64,000 nucleotides of DNA, taken from a virus. A program made the position numbers and the translations under genes. The notes below the pieces were generated by a model. That model saw nothing but the letters and a program-made list of their open reading frames with translations, had not been told where the DNA came from and did no database searches. Positions 8,901 to 18,301 of the stretch are shown in pieces. Position 1 is the stretch's first letter. Each line of letters begins with the position of its first letter. The DNA lies in IMG/VR virus record IMGVR_UViG_3300045988_074841; one strand, given 5' to 3'.

Positions 8901-11900
8901 GACCAAGTTAATAATATTATTACATCTAAATATCTTACTAATGATAATGCTAATAAAGGTAAGTTGGAAGAAGCCAATACTGTTATGAATACAGCTTGGA
9001 CTGAATATAAGAACCTTATTAATACGCTTATAGATGCTAATACTGAAATAACTAAAATTAATATAGGAGAAGCTAATACTAAATATAAGAACCTTCAAGA
9101 GAAGATTAAAGCAGTTAAACAATATCTTGCTATTTGTCAAGCTGATGTACTTAGTGGTATGGGTACTGATATTACTTCATACAAATATCTTAAAGAAGCA
9201 TTTAAAGGTAAAACTGAAATAAATGGTGGTCTTGTAGTTACTAACGTACTTCAACTTCGTCAAACTTCTGATGCTTCTTCTCCTGTTACTGCTGGTATTA
9301 GTGGACTTCAAGGAAAAGCTAATGCTGATGGTATTGTAGATAAAAATACTTATGATATAACATCTATTGCTGCTTGGTTTGGCGGTCCAATGGTAGATAA
9401 AGATATATTTACAGATGAACAACTTAACAATAAAGTAGCTGGTACAGATTATGCTAGAAGTTTGTTTAGACATGATGGTAGTGGTTATTTAGCTAGTGGA
9501 GCTATTTATTGGGGAACTGATGGTGTATTACATGGCGACCCAAATAGTTTCATTCTTCAAGGTACTAGTATTGCAACAATATTTTATTATACTAGATTAT
9601 TCTATTTACATTATGCTAATCAAGATAGTACAGATTTTAATGATATAGATTATATTACTCCTAAGAAAACTTTTAGTAGACTTAATATTTTACCTTTAGG
9701 TGGTATTGAAGATAGTCATAATCTTCCTACTGGTTTATTTATTGGAGATAGTAATACTGGTGGTTCTTTTCAAATTGGTAATGTAATTCTTAGAACAAAG
9801 AGTGGAGATCCTAATATACTTGAAATAGTTAGTGCTAGTAGTAATAAAACAGCTCATCTTGGAGTACAAGGTGGAGTTAGTGCTTATGGAACATACACAC
9901 CTTCTACGGGGGGTGAAGGTGGACTAAATGGAACTATAATTCCTTATAGTACTGCTATTGCTTTTGACCCTCAAAATGAAGGAAGTAAAATAGCTAGTGC
10001 TAGTTCTATTTATAAGCTTCATAGTAGAATATCTAGTATTGAAAATAATGGTGCTACTAGTATAACTGTAACTGGAACAGGTAATGCTATTACTAGTGTT
10101 AGTAAAAATGGAACTAGCATTACTTTTACTAAAGATGCTACTTTCTTGACTAGTCATCAAAGTTTAGCAAATTATGTTACTATTAATGATAGTAGACTTA
10201 GTGATAGTCGTTATCCTAAATTTGCTAATAATACTTGGTATTTAGTAGGAGACGATGCTTATATTGGCGACCATAATAGAAATGGTATGTTTTGTATTAA
10301 ATCTGCCAATTCTGATAATGTAAGTGGTATAGCAATCTATAATAAAGCTGAAAGTGGTGTTGCTAATATTTGGTTTGATAATACAAATATAAACCTTGAT
10401 AAACAACTTGTTATGAAAAACAAGCGTATTTGGATTCAAGGTAACGGTACTGCTGGAGGTAATAATAATAGACTTACTATTGCGGCAGGTATGCCTGGTG
10501 GATTAGCATATAATACTTCATGTCGTGGAACTATTCTTTATTCTAATGGAATTGCATTCGCTGACCCATATAATGGTAATTCAAATAATGATAGTGGATG
10601 GATTAGACATTTAGAAACTTCTCCTAATAGTGGAACTTTAGAAATAGCAGTAGGTGATGATGCTTCAAATGAAGAAATTCATTTCAGATGGTATAATACA
10701 AATACTAGTGCAGAAACTATAGTACACGATATAACTGTTCCTAGATCTACAGGTACTTTAGTTTTAACTAGTCAAATACCTACAAGTCTTCCTGCAAATG
10801 GAGGTAATGCAGATACAGTTGATGGAATTCATGCAAATGGACTTCTTACTGCTCTATCTAATTCTGATAATGGAATTAGTATAACAGTTGGTGGAACTAC
10901 TAAAAGTGTTAGTAATATAAATGTAAATGGCGCTAATACAATTTTAGGAATTTCTCCTCAAATAGCTGCGGCTACAGAACATAATAGTATATATGTATCA
11001 AGTCCTGGTTATTCTACTAACAAACCAGTTAAAATGTTATGTTTTGATTGGTATGGTAATTATTGGGCACTTAGCAATATAAGAAGTGGAGATGAACATA
11101 GTAATGGATTTGGTGTATTTTTTAAAAATACAGAAATAGCTAGATTTACTTCTGATGGAAATCTTAGTTGTAATGCAGCTTCTGCAACTAAGCTGACTTC
11201 TTCAGCTGGCAGTGATACATTGCCAATTTATTTCTCAGATGGAAAACCTGTCGCTTGTACTATGAGTACTGGACGAAGTTATGGAATAGTACGATCTTTC
11301 GATCGTAGAACATATACATCTGCTAATCAATATTTCGGAAATGGTACTATTGTAGCAATAGATCCAAAAGGAGAGGGATGTATTTCGACAAATGATACTA
11401 TACTTTCATTGGGTGATTTGTCAATAAGAAATACTCAACTTTTAGTAGCATACGACAGAGATGGTGTTTATTATAGAAGAATAACAGATAATCTAAACTA
11501 TGGGAACTGGAAAAGATTAGCATTTACATCTGACAATGTAGCTTCTGCAACTAAACTTCAAACTCCTAGAACTATTTGGGGACAATCTTTTAATGGCACT
11601 GCTAATGTTAGTGGGTCTTTATCTGGAGTTGGTCATATACAATTTAGTGCAGATAATTCTTATAGTATTGGAACAAATACTTCAGAAGCGGCTCACACTT
11701 ATACAAGACAAGTATGGGCTAGACATTTAAATGCTAGTCGAGTTTATACTCGTGATACTAATTTATATATCGGTTATAGTAATACTGCGCAAGTAAAGTT
11801 ATATTCAGGTACTAAACAATCAGGAGACGGCTCTAATGAACGAATGACCATATCAACTAATGGTAATGTAGGTATTGGAACTGCTTCTCCTTCTTACAAA

Positions 11901-13571
11901 CTCCATGTTGAAGGTAATATTTATTCATCTGCTATTATTAGAACTGCTGCTAAAAATCAAGCTATTGTATTAAGTAACAATTCCCGTCCTGCTTGGATTA
12001 GTGCTCTAGAAGGTCAGATAATATTCAATACTGGTAATGCTATTCGTTTTGGTGAAACTGCTTGGGATTGGAATCAATGGGCTGGACTTAAATATACTCA
12101 CTCTAATAAAACTATTTATCTTGGTATAGCTGATAATTCTGCATTTAATGCTAATCCTGCACAAAGTGATGGTACGCTTAGACTTGCAGGTATTAAAACT
12201 GTAACTCCTGATAGTGGAGCTAGAATTGGAAATAGTGGTGGTGATTTATATTTAGGTAATGCTAGTAATAGTGCTTGTGTGAAAGTTCAAGATATGTGTA
12301 GTCAAACTACTAGTGATAATTGGATTATATATCAAGGTGGTAGTGCTAAGTTTAAAAATCTCACTATTAATGGTAATACTAGTATTAGTGGAACAACTAT
12401 TATAAATAGTAATTTAACAGTTAATGGTTTAATATATAATAAAGGTATACTACCTGCAAATTATGAAGTTAATAATAAAGGAACTAGTTGTTATGTTTCA
12501 GCTGATGCTTTATGTTCTGGAATTACTGCTATTACTGATAGTATACCTATTAGTAATGTAACTGTACAATATTCTAACGATAGCGGTAATAGTTGGACTA
12601 ATTATTCTATGGATAATAATAATAAATTTAATCTATATGCTAATAATGCAGGTTTAAATAACGTTTACTTAGGTTATAATGTTATTCCTCCTGATATTGA
12701 CCCTGATGTATTAAATCAAATAAAGGATGAAGCTGAGAAATTAGCACTAATAAAAAAGAATGAAGCTGAGAAACTAGCTCAAATAAAAAAGAACGAATTA
12801 ATGGTTACATTTAATGTTCCTAATAATTGTTATTCTCAAGTTTATTTTGCTAGTGTTGATATGACAAATGGTATTAATACTATTTGTACTGTAGAAATAA
12901 TAAACAATAGTGGTGCTGTAGTTGAAACTTTTACTAAACATATGGCTGGATGGAATCAAATTAATTATATAAGTCTATTACATGATAGTAATGTTGGTTA
13001 TGGTGTAGGAAATGATAGTAGAAGATATATTAGATTTAGGTTTAAACATGACCAAAAGACTACTGCTTTACGTAATGCTGTAATATATAAAATACGAATA
13101 TTTTCTTTTACTAAGTATTCATTTCCTACTGATAGATTTATGGGTCATACAGGTCATATATATAATTTCGATTATAATATGAATACTTACTTCCCTAATA
13201 GTATTCTTGCTAAAGGTGGAGTTACAGCTTATCAATCTTCTGATGTTCGTCTTAAAACTAACATTACTAAACTTAATTGTTTAAATGTTATTAAAAGCAT
13301 TGGAGGTACTTATGAATTTGATTATATTCGTGACCATAAACATAGTATTGGTTTTATTGCTCAAAATGTAAATAATCCATTACTTAATGATATAGTTGCT
13401 AAAGATGATAATGGTTATCTAAAGATTAACTATTGGAGTCCTAAACTTATTAGTCTTGCTTTTGGTGCTTTAACTGAAATAGATGATGAAGTTGATAAAC
13501 TTAAAGCTAGAGTTAGAGAATTAGAAAGTGAAGTTGAATATTTAAAGAACAAAGATTATGTCTTACAATAG
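5958..13571 (+). CDS. Tail fibre/tail spike protein (2537 aa) with C-terminal intramolecular chaperone auto-processing (peptidase S74-like) domain
   Basis: C-terminal SSDVRLKTNITKLN...SIGFIAQNV...INYWSPKLISLAFGAL + terminal coiled coil match the endosialidase/tail-spike ICA signature (SDxRxKxNI ... GFIAQEV); multiple Trp/Tyr-rich beta-repeat modules (GD.WY.....YRW); long Gly/Asn/Ser/Thr-rich beta-helix-like middle. Confidence 0.8.
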   Translation: MSKIPAINEIDANSPSQESTEVVVKATTVTPDINEIQETISGSATIQEIDGTRKPTISEIYKIVNDGLFESTTNWWDYAYKLSQAQLNQDIISRLDNGVIGGGYSKGVDIITTTSNKLPSNTNVYSALKSDSLYPKKLNDEVINGIYDFLNGITIGKPTSYTGGTWSVDQIGKTHLTTDYLYVRLKAIFETLQILNVDTIGGKLVISPAGSIRVAYVDRIKIDAPVFTHNEETDVWSISQVEDEEGNLVNETLNQEIYRCYFLGEQDGEEIDNKWKVGDQAQAKTFNVKKGTYHKVENSYLWRLVVNVSSNTVDIDGKKYHYVDLSQIDFDSGSDAPAPGDILNQLGHRLNDAQRQTALVLNAVDNYAPSITLYAGVNYYTLLNKEYVEFGVYNGKAFFNVYGDMYIGDKGENPKTYIKYKNGKINIKANLEIGSSIGDKNLDQYIKENGGVDEETVKNLINNAQVIIDLQNQADGAIETWFYEGVPTLDNLPAVDWNTNKLKKIHIGDLYYDQTTGYAYRFTKYNDDVNSYRWNRIKDNDIVTALEAANHAQATADGKMKVFYGETKPTNYKVGDMWVNATLEGKFNNDIARAVADNETFNANDWVLASRYSEAIATIQKWTNEYETKFGDLAKEVKNQKDQSIIVWYLEYEPTVDNAPANTWNTETLRSEHIGDIVYDIKNNHSYRWTGTVWIQIKDADFNEAMKAAKAADDKAGAAGDLADSKRRIFYSDTTPTKPFDKGDLWIKQVKDKTETWVYNGTDWVKSEDKDLADFSEAINEELGGIKDQLDGKAEIWYQVDDPSKSWTDKSVHEGDIWYNTTYGTTNYWNGSAWEQMDIPKDVFDTIDGKSSIFVDSYDDAKAGTGVICKGYKERDLWILPEDATVNGVKYYKGDMLTAVSNNTNFDETNWKKKVRYVGQAELTSAIDIVNDKINTINNTTIPGINNKFNEFVKDGVLDSSEKARLTDLLNQANNEVAAVVDQVNNIITSKYLTNDNANKGKLEEANTVMNTAWTEYKNLINTLIDANTEITKINIGEANTKYKNLQEKIKAVKQYLAICQADVLSGMGTDITSYKYLKEAFKGKTEINGGLVVTNVLQLRQTSDASSPVTAGISGLQGKANADGIVDKNTYDITSIAAWFGGPMVDKDIFTDEQLNNKVAGTDYARSLFRHDGSGYLASGAIYWGTDGVLHGDPNSFILQGTSIATIFYYTRLFYLHYANQDSTDFNDIDYITPKKTFSRLNILPLGGIEDSHNLPTGLFIGDSNTGGSFQIGNVILRTKSGDPNILEIVSASSNKTAHLGVQGGVSAYGTYTPSTGGEGGLNGTIIPYSTAIAFDPQNEGSKIASASSIYKLHSRISSIENNGATSITVTGTGNAITSVSKNGTSITFTKDATFLTSHQSLANYVTINDSRLSDSRYPKFANNTWYLVGDDAYIGDHNRNGMFCIKSANSDNVSGIAIYNKAESGVANIWFDNTNINLDKQLVMKNKRIWIQGNGTAGGNNNRLTIAAGMPGGLAYNTSCRGTILYSNGIAFADPYNGNSNNDSGWIRHLETSPNSGTLEIAVGDDASNEEIHFRWYNTNTSAETIVHDITVPRSTGTLVLTSQIPTSLPANGGNADTVDGIHANGLLTALSNSDNGISITVGGTTKSVSNINVNGANTILGISPQIAAATEHNSIYVSSPGYSTNKPVKMLCFDWYGNYWALSNIRSGDEHSNGFGVFFKNTEIARFTSDGNLSCNAASATKLTSSAGSDTLPIYFSDGKPVACTMSTGRSYGIVRSFDRRTYTSANQYFGNGTIVAIDPKGEGCISTNDTILSLGDLSIRNTQLLVAYDRDGVYYRRITDNLNYGNWKRLAFTSDNVASATKLQTPRTIWGQSFNGTANVSGSLSGVGHIQFSADNSYSIGTNTSEAAHTYTRQVWARHLNASRVYTRDTNLYIGYSNTAQVKLYSGTKQSGDGSNERMTISTNGNVGIGTASPSYKLHVEGNIYSSAIIRTAAKNQAIVLSNNSRPAWISALEGQIIFNTGNAIRFGETAWDWNQWAGLKYTHSNKTIYLGIADNSAFNANPAQSDGTLRLAGIKTVTPDSGARIGNSGGDLYLGNASNSACVKVQDMCSQTTSDNWIIYQGGSAKFKNLTINGNTSISGTTIINSNLTVNGLIYNKGILPANYEVNNKGTSCYVSADALCSGITAITDSIPISNVTVQYSNDSGNSWTNYSMDNNNKFNLYANNAGLNNVYLGYNVIPPDIDPDVLNQIKDEAEKLALIKKNEAEKLAQIKKNELMVTFNVPNNCYSQVYFASVDMTNGINTICTVEIINNSGAVVETFTKHMAGWNQINYISLLHDSNVGYGVGNDSRRYIRFRFKHDQKTTALRNAVIYKIRIFSFTKYSFPTDRFMGHTGHIYNFDYNMNTYFPNSILAKGGVTAYQSSDVRLKTNITKLNCLNVIKSIGGTYEFDYIRDHKHSIGFIAQNVNNPLLNDIVAKDDNGYLKINYWSPKLISLAFGALTEIDDEVDKLKARVRELESEVEYLKNKDYVLQ
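9901..9914 (-). repeat. GC-rich element copy (CTTCTACGGGGGGT), in-frame in tail fibre (PSTGGEG)
   Basis: seen in sequence. Confidence 0.7.
12729..12794 (+). repeat. 33-nt tandem duplication inside tail-fibre gene (EAEKLALIKKNE / EAEKLAQIKKNE)
   Basis: gaagctgagaaattagcactaataaaaaagaat / gaagctgagaaactagctcaaataaaaaagaac. Confidence 0.8.
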
Positions 13572-14841
13572 TAATAGTGGAATTATTAGTGCTCCTGTTA
13601 GTATTGATGATGTTAAACAAGCTCTTGGAGAGAGTAGCAATGACCTTGCTACTCTTTGTAAGAGTGAAAATATAAATATATGGAGTAAGTATAAACCTAT
13701 TAGTTGTAAAGGTGACTTTAAAGAATATCCTATTAGAGAAGACTATGAGGAAACTGTAACATCTTCATATAATAATTATACTTGTGCTGTTCGTTGTGGT
13801 ATGAATATACCTATGGATACTTATAGAAACTTATATAATAATTATGGTGGAGAAGGTTTTGCTATTAACGCATGTGAAAATCTTCATAGAGATAATGTAT
13901 ATGGAAGAAATGGAGGTATTAACGATAATAAAAGTGCAAATGTATCAGGAAAACATTTTCCAAAAGGTGGTGCTAATTCTCCTTATAGATTAAGTGATTT
14001 TAGAAACTATAATGCTAAAGCAAAGTATAATGGTTTTCGAACTTCTCTTCCTCAATTTAATAATGTTGAAATTTATCATTCTTCAACTCCTAAATTTAAT
14101 TGTGTTCTATATATGGATACAAGTGTTGATAATAATACAAATCTTACTATGGATGATATAATAACTGATTTATCTTTAGCTTGGTCTTTTTGGGTTCAAA
14201 TTCGTTATGATTCACCATATAACACTGTTGATAAGATTTATAAAAATTATTATGTTGGTAATTGTCAAAAACCAACAGATTATATATACGCAAGCAAAGA
14301 AATAACTTTTGATATAGGTAACGATAAAGAAATTACTATTGTACCTTTTTTAGCATGTACTCGTAGTGCAACTTTATATGATAATACAAAAATAATTTTT
14401 ATATCTCTTCCGGGTGATATTACTTTTAAGTATTATCCTAGACAAATTTATATGGAAAATATTAAAAGTGGTTCTAGTGGTTTTGTTGATTTCTCATCAT
14501 TAAGAGAATTAGTTGGTGGTAGTTGTATTTGTAAAGCAAAAATATATAAACTTCCTGATGCTGAAATTACAATTAATGATGGTATGTTTAGAAGTATTGC
14601 TGCTTATGGTATTAATAAGATAACATATGGAAGAGGTTATGTATCTAATAGTTCTGGTCAAGGTATAGGTTCTGTAACTATTCCTAAAGGTGATAGAACA
14701 GATTATGTTGAAGTATATATAAGATTTGATAATGTTTACGAAGGAGGTTATTATGGAGAAAAATGTCAATTATCTTTTGAAATTAATATAGATGGTGGAT
14801 GGAAACAAGTTCCTTCAGGAGGTAGTTATATTATGCGTTAA
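13558..14841 (+). CDS. Hypothetical tail-associated protein (427 aa)
   Basis: ATG overlapping tail-fibre stop by 14 nt (coupled); Cys-containing, Asn/Tyr-rich. Confidence 0.5.
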   Translation: MSYNSNSGIISAPVSIDDVKQALGESSNDLATLCKSENINIWSKYKPISCKGDFKEYPIREDYEETVTSSYNNYTCAVRCGMNIPMDTYRNLYNNYGGEGFAINACENLHRDNVYGRNGGINDNKSANVSGKHFPKGGANSPYRLSDFRNYNAKAKYNGFRTSLPQFNNVEIYHSSTPKFNCVLYMDTSVDNNTNLTMDDIITDLSLAWSFWVQIRYDSPYNTVDKIYKNYYVGNCQKPTDYIYASKEITFDIGNDKEITIVPFLACTRSATLYDNTKIIFISLPGDITFKYYPRQIYMENIKSGSSGFVDFSSLRELVGGSCICKAKIYKLPDAEITINDGMFRSIAAYGINKITYGRGYVSNSSGQGIGSVTIPKGDRTDYVEVYIRFDNVYEGGYYGEKCQLSFEINIDGGWKQVPSGGSYIMR

Positions 14842-14927
14842 AACGTAGATGTTATTAATATAATAAATGTGCTAGAAACAATATTAATTTACTTATCAAA
14901 TAAGTATAACTATTTAATAATACAATT

Positions 14928-15242
14928 ATGGAAATTAAAGTAACTAAAATTGTAAGTATGACTTCTAATGTAGAAGCTACTGTAAATGAACTTAGTATAA
15001 ATGCTAATGTTCGAGTTCGTAACAATGACACTATCGAAGGTATAGATAGCGGTAATGTAAAAGATAGTAATAGTAATCAACTAGCTAGCTTTAGTTATTA
15101 TGGAAGTAATAATCTTAATATTAATTATAATAGTATTGAGAATGGTAATATTGCTTCTGTTAGTACTGCTGTTAATGATTTCATTAAAGAACTAGAGAAA
15201 AATCCTTCTCTTGTAAGTACTGCAAATACTAGTGAAAACTAA
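14928..15242 (+). CDS. Hypothetical protein (104 aa)
   Basis: ATG ORF; Asn/Ser-rich. Confidence 0.4.
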   Translation: MEIKVTKIVSMTSNVEATVNELSINANVRVRNNDTIEGIDSGNVKDSNSNQLASFSYYGSNNLNINYNSIENGNIASVSTAVNDFIKELEKNPSLVSTANTSEN

Positions 15243-15250
15243 GTGATTAC

Positions 15251-15324
15251 TTTGCAAATATATTAAAATATATTATTATATATATAACGTAGTTATATAA
15301 TAATATATTATTAATATATTTGCA
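15251..15324. promoter_or_regulatory. Large AT-rich imperfect palindrome centred on ACGTAG; each arm carries TATATTTG (TAnnTTTG -7 box)
   Basis: Arms TTTGCAAATATATTAAAATATATTATTATATATATAAC / GTTATATAATAATATATTATTAATATATTTGCA; -7 box at 15315-15322 lies ~36 nt upstream of ATG 15358. Confidence 0.4.
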
Positions 15325-15357
15325 TTACAAATTAAACATCAAAATAATAGAGTTATT

Positions 15358-15855
15358 ATGATTAAAGTAAAACAAAGTAATGCTGTTAGTGCATACAATG
15401 TACTCAAGCAAATTAAGACTAAAGAACTTCCTGCTGAAGTAGCTATTGCTATTTGGAAGAACGTAAAAGTATTAAAGCCTATTGCAACTTCTTATGAAGA
15501 AGCTATTAAAGATTCTAAAGAATCTCTTAAAGGTGATAATGATGAAGAGATGTCTAAGCTTCTTGCTGAACTTCAAAAGAAAGAAACTGATGAAGCTGCT
15601 GGTAAATATACTTTTACTCGTACTGATAATGAAAATCGTGCTAAAGTAACTGAGTATTATTCTAATGCTCAAAATAAACTTAATACTTTTATTAAAGACC
15701 TTGATAATAAAGAAGTAGAAGTAGAACATACTACTATTAAAGAGGATGATTTAATTAAAGCTCTTATTGGTACTGATTTTAATATTGGTGTTATTGAACT
15801 TATTGATTTCTTATTTGAAGATGCTCCTAAAGCAGATGATAAAGAAGATAAGTAA
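15358..15855 (+). CDS. Acidic hypothetical protein (165 aa)
   Basis: ATG ORF, followed by composite hairpin element. Confidence 0.5.
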   Translation: MIKVKQSNAVSAYNVLKQIKTKELPAEVAIAIWKNVKVLKPIATSYEEAIKDSKESLKGDNDEEMSKLLAELQKKETDEAAGKYTFTRTDNENRAKVTEYYSNAQNKLNTFIKDLDNKEVEVEHTTIKEDDLIKALIGTDFNIGVIELIDFLFEDAPKADDKEDK

Positions 15856-15865
15856 AACATTAAAC

Positions 15866-15930
15866 CCGCCCCGTAGAAGATGTAATTGGTAGAACTTCTA
15901 CTAATCATACCTTTTACGGGGCGGCTTTCA
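15866..15930 (+). terminator. Composite hairpin: inverted pair of GC-rich element (CCGCCCCGTAGAAG ... CTTTTACGGGGCGG) with conserved ~31-nt loop containing mini-palindrome GTAGAAcTTCTAC
   Basis: Copies at 15866-15879 and 15911-15924; sits between stop 15855 and start 15956. Confidence 0.6.
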
Positions 15931-15955
15931 TATTAATAATTTAACTAATACTGAT

Positions 15956-16645
15956 ATGAGTAGTTTATCTCAACTTACTAGTGAAATTTTACATGGTGTA
16001 GGTCAGCCTAATAATCATACTCTACGTGAAAGAGTTCGTAATGCTATAATTCATACTCGTAATGAACTTATACGTAGAAGTTATGAAAACCATGCTTATG
16101 TTGATAAAATTCATACTCAACGTTTTAAAGTTTCACTTATTACAGTTAATGATGGTGATGTAGAACTACCTGAAGATTATGAAGGAGTTCCACTTGATAA
16201 AATTAAAAGAACTCTAGATAAAGTTCCAAGACCTATTAGACTTACTAATAATCTTCCTTTTGATAGAGTTAGTTCTGTAGGATATAAAACTAATAGAGAG
16301 TTTCCTTATATTAAAGAAACTACTGCTAGATTTAAAGGAAGTGTTCCTGGACTTTGTGGTGCTATTAGTTATGATTATATTAATGAATATCTTTATTTAT
16401 TTCCAGCTAGTAAAGATAGAATTGTTCCAGTAGATACTATTGTTATTGAATCTGCTTTTGAACATCCTAATCAAATTCTAGATATTAATGGAGACCTTAC
16501 TGTTGAGAATCATCTTTATGATGACAACGAGTGGTTACTTAGTGAAGATATGATTGGTCAAATAAAAGAAATAATATATAAAAGGGAACTATTAAATCAA
16601 CATCAAGAAACAGATGAAGTTCCTAATACTATAAAATATAATTAG
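15956..16645 (+). CDS. Hypothetical virion protein (229 aa)
   Basis: ATG ORF, first gene of operon ending at terminator 25442. Confidence 0.5.
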   Translation: MSSLSQLTSEILHGVGQPNNHTLRERVRNAIIHTRNELIRRSYENHAYVDKIHTQRFKVSLITVNDGDVELPEDYEGVPLDKIKRTLDKVPRPIRLTNNLPFDRVSSVGYKTNREFPYIKETTARFKGSVPGLCGAISYDYINEYLYLFPASKDRIVPVDTIVIESAFEHPNQILDINGDLTVENHLYDDNEWLLSEDMIGQIKEIIYKRELLNQHQETDEVPNTIKYN

Positions 16646-16648
16646 TGT

Positions 16649-17581
16649 ATGACTGCTGTAAGACTTAATCCAATAAATATGAGTAAGTATCATCAAGATA
16701 TGAAAGATGCTTTTACTCTAGAACTTGAAAGAGCTAGACTTTCTTATGATGAACTAGCTGGTAACATAGTTGAAAAACGTTCTAAGATTGTTCCTTATGT
16801 TGATAGTTTTGCTCTTCCTGTAATTGATTATCCAGAGTTTCAACAGAACAAGTATATAAATGGTCGTCTTGAAAATGCTGCAAAAGGTATGTATGAAGAT
16901 AAACGTAATGACCTTGAACATAAACATCTATGTTTTAGACTTGTTGCTTATGCTGTTGATTTACGAAAGATGAGTGAGTTAGAACAAAAGATTAAACTTT
17001 ATGAGAAATGTATTGCTCTAAATTATGCTGAATATAGAAATATAATTGGTATATTTTATAACAAAGTACATGATGTTCTTATTCTTAAAGCTCATGGTTA
17101 TCGTCTTGAAGGTAAACTAGGTTATGTTTGCATTAATAGAGTTCTTAATACTGGTTGTAAGATTTGTGACTTTGTTGCAACTAATAAATACAAGAAAGAA
17201 CTTGAAGCTAAAGGCATTAGAATTTGGAATAGAGAAGAAGCTGAATTTGCTAAAGCTAATGGCTTAGAATATGATGCAGTTGACCCTAGGATTTATAAAG
17301 CTGATGAAAGTTGGTATGAACTTGCTCTTTGTAATTGTACTCTTCATAGAGCTTATGGTTATAAACTAAGCATGATTGATTATCGTTCTGTAAAAGTCAG
17401 ACAATATACTAATGAAGGTTTAATTAAACTTACTGGTGGCGACAAAGAAAAGATATGTCATTTACCTGTATCTCTAAAGATTAAACTAACTCTGTGTTTA
17501 CAAGTAGATAAATTAATGTATACTAAATTTGTTAGAAATGAAAATCAAACAAAATGTGGATATGAAGCGCATCATTGGTAA
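16649..17581 (+). CDS. Hypothetical virion protein (310 aa)
   Basis: ATG ORF 3 nt after previous stop. Confidence 0.5.
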   Translation: MTAVRLNPINMSKYHQDMKDAFTLELERARLSYDELAGNIVEKRSKIVPYVDSFALPVIDYPEFQQNKYINGRLENAAKGMYEDKRNDLEHKHLCFRLVAYAVDLRKMSELEQKIKLYEKCIALNYAEYRNIIGIFYNKVHDVLILKAHGYRLEGKLGYVCINRVLNTGCKICDFVATNKYKKELEAKGIRIWNREEAEFAKANGLEYDAVDPRIYKADESWYELALCNCTLHRAYGYKLSMIDYRSVKVRQYTNEGLIKLTGGDKEKICHLPVSLKIKLTLCLQVDKLMYTKFVRNENQTKCGYEAHHW

Positions 17582-18296
17582 AGTTGATAATGACTTTAAT
17601 CTTAGTGAAAGTGATTGGATTCCTCGTGCTGCTGCTTGGATAATTGATGCACTTAGTCAAATGAAATGTCTTCCTATGGCTAAGAAAACTAGAAGACTTC
17701 AAATAGTTAATCGTATAGGTATATTTCCTTGTCAGTTAAATGCTACTGATATTAAAGTATTTGATGATTATGGTTGTGAAATAAAACAACTTGAAGCTAA
17801 TAATAGTTGTTGTAATTCAGGATTTGGTTCTAAAACTAATGTAGAACCTAGTCCTGAAATTGCTGTTATAGATGATACCAATAAAACTGGTCGTAATTTT
17901 ATGATGGTTGCAACTATTAGAAGAGCTGATGATAGTCGTAACTTTGTAATAACTAATAATGGTCATATTGAACTTAACTTTGATACTGATTGGATAAATG
18001 TTCAAAGTTTTGAACCTATGACTTATCACGATGATTATTATGATTGTGAAGTTCCAATGGTTTACGATAATGGTATTCTATTAGAAGCTATAAGTTTTTA
18101 TATTCTATATAAATATCTTAGTCGTGGTAGTCATCATCCAGTTTATGATTTAAAGAGTAGTAGTCCTGTTACTAATCCTTATATTCAATGGAAAGAATTA
18201 AAAAGTAAAGCTATTGCTTCTGTTCGTAATGATTTATATAATGCTGATGGTTGGAGAAACTTCTTCTACAACTCAACATTTGACCCAAGAAGATAA
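17538..18296 (+). CDS. Hypothetical virion protein (~252 aa)
   Basis: ORF track start 17529 is TTG; in-frame ATGs at 17538 and 17562; overlaps previous gene. Confidence 0.45.
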   Translation: MKIKQNVDMKRIIGKVDNDFNLSESDWIPRAAAWIIDALSQMKCLPMAKKTRRLQIVNRIGIFPCQLNATDIKVFDDYGCEIKQLEANNSCCNSGFGSKTNVEPSPEIAVIDDTNKTGRNFMMVATIRRADDSRNFVITNNGHIELNFDTDWINVQSFEPMTYHDDYYDCEVPMVYDNGILLEAISFYILYKYLSRGSHHPVYDLKSSSPVTNPYIQWKELKSKAIASVRNDLYNADGWRNFFYNSTFDPRR

Positions 18297-18301
18297 TAAT
18301 T

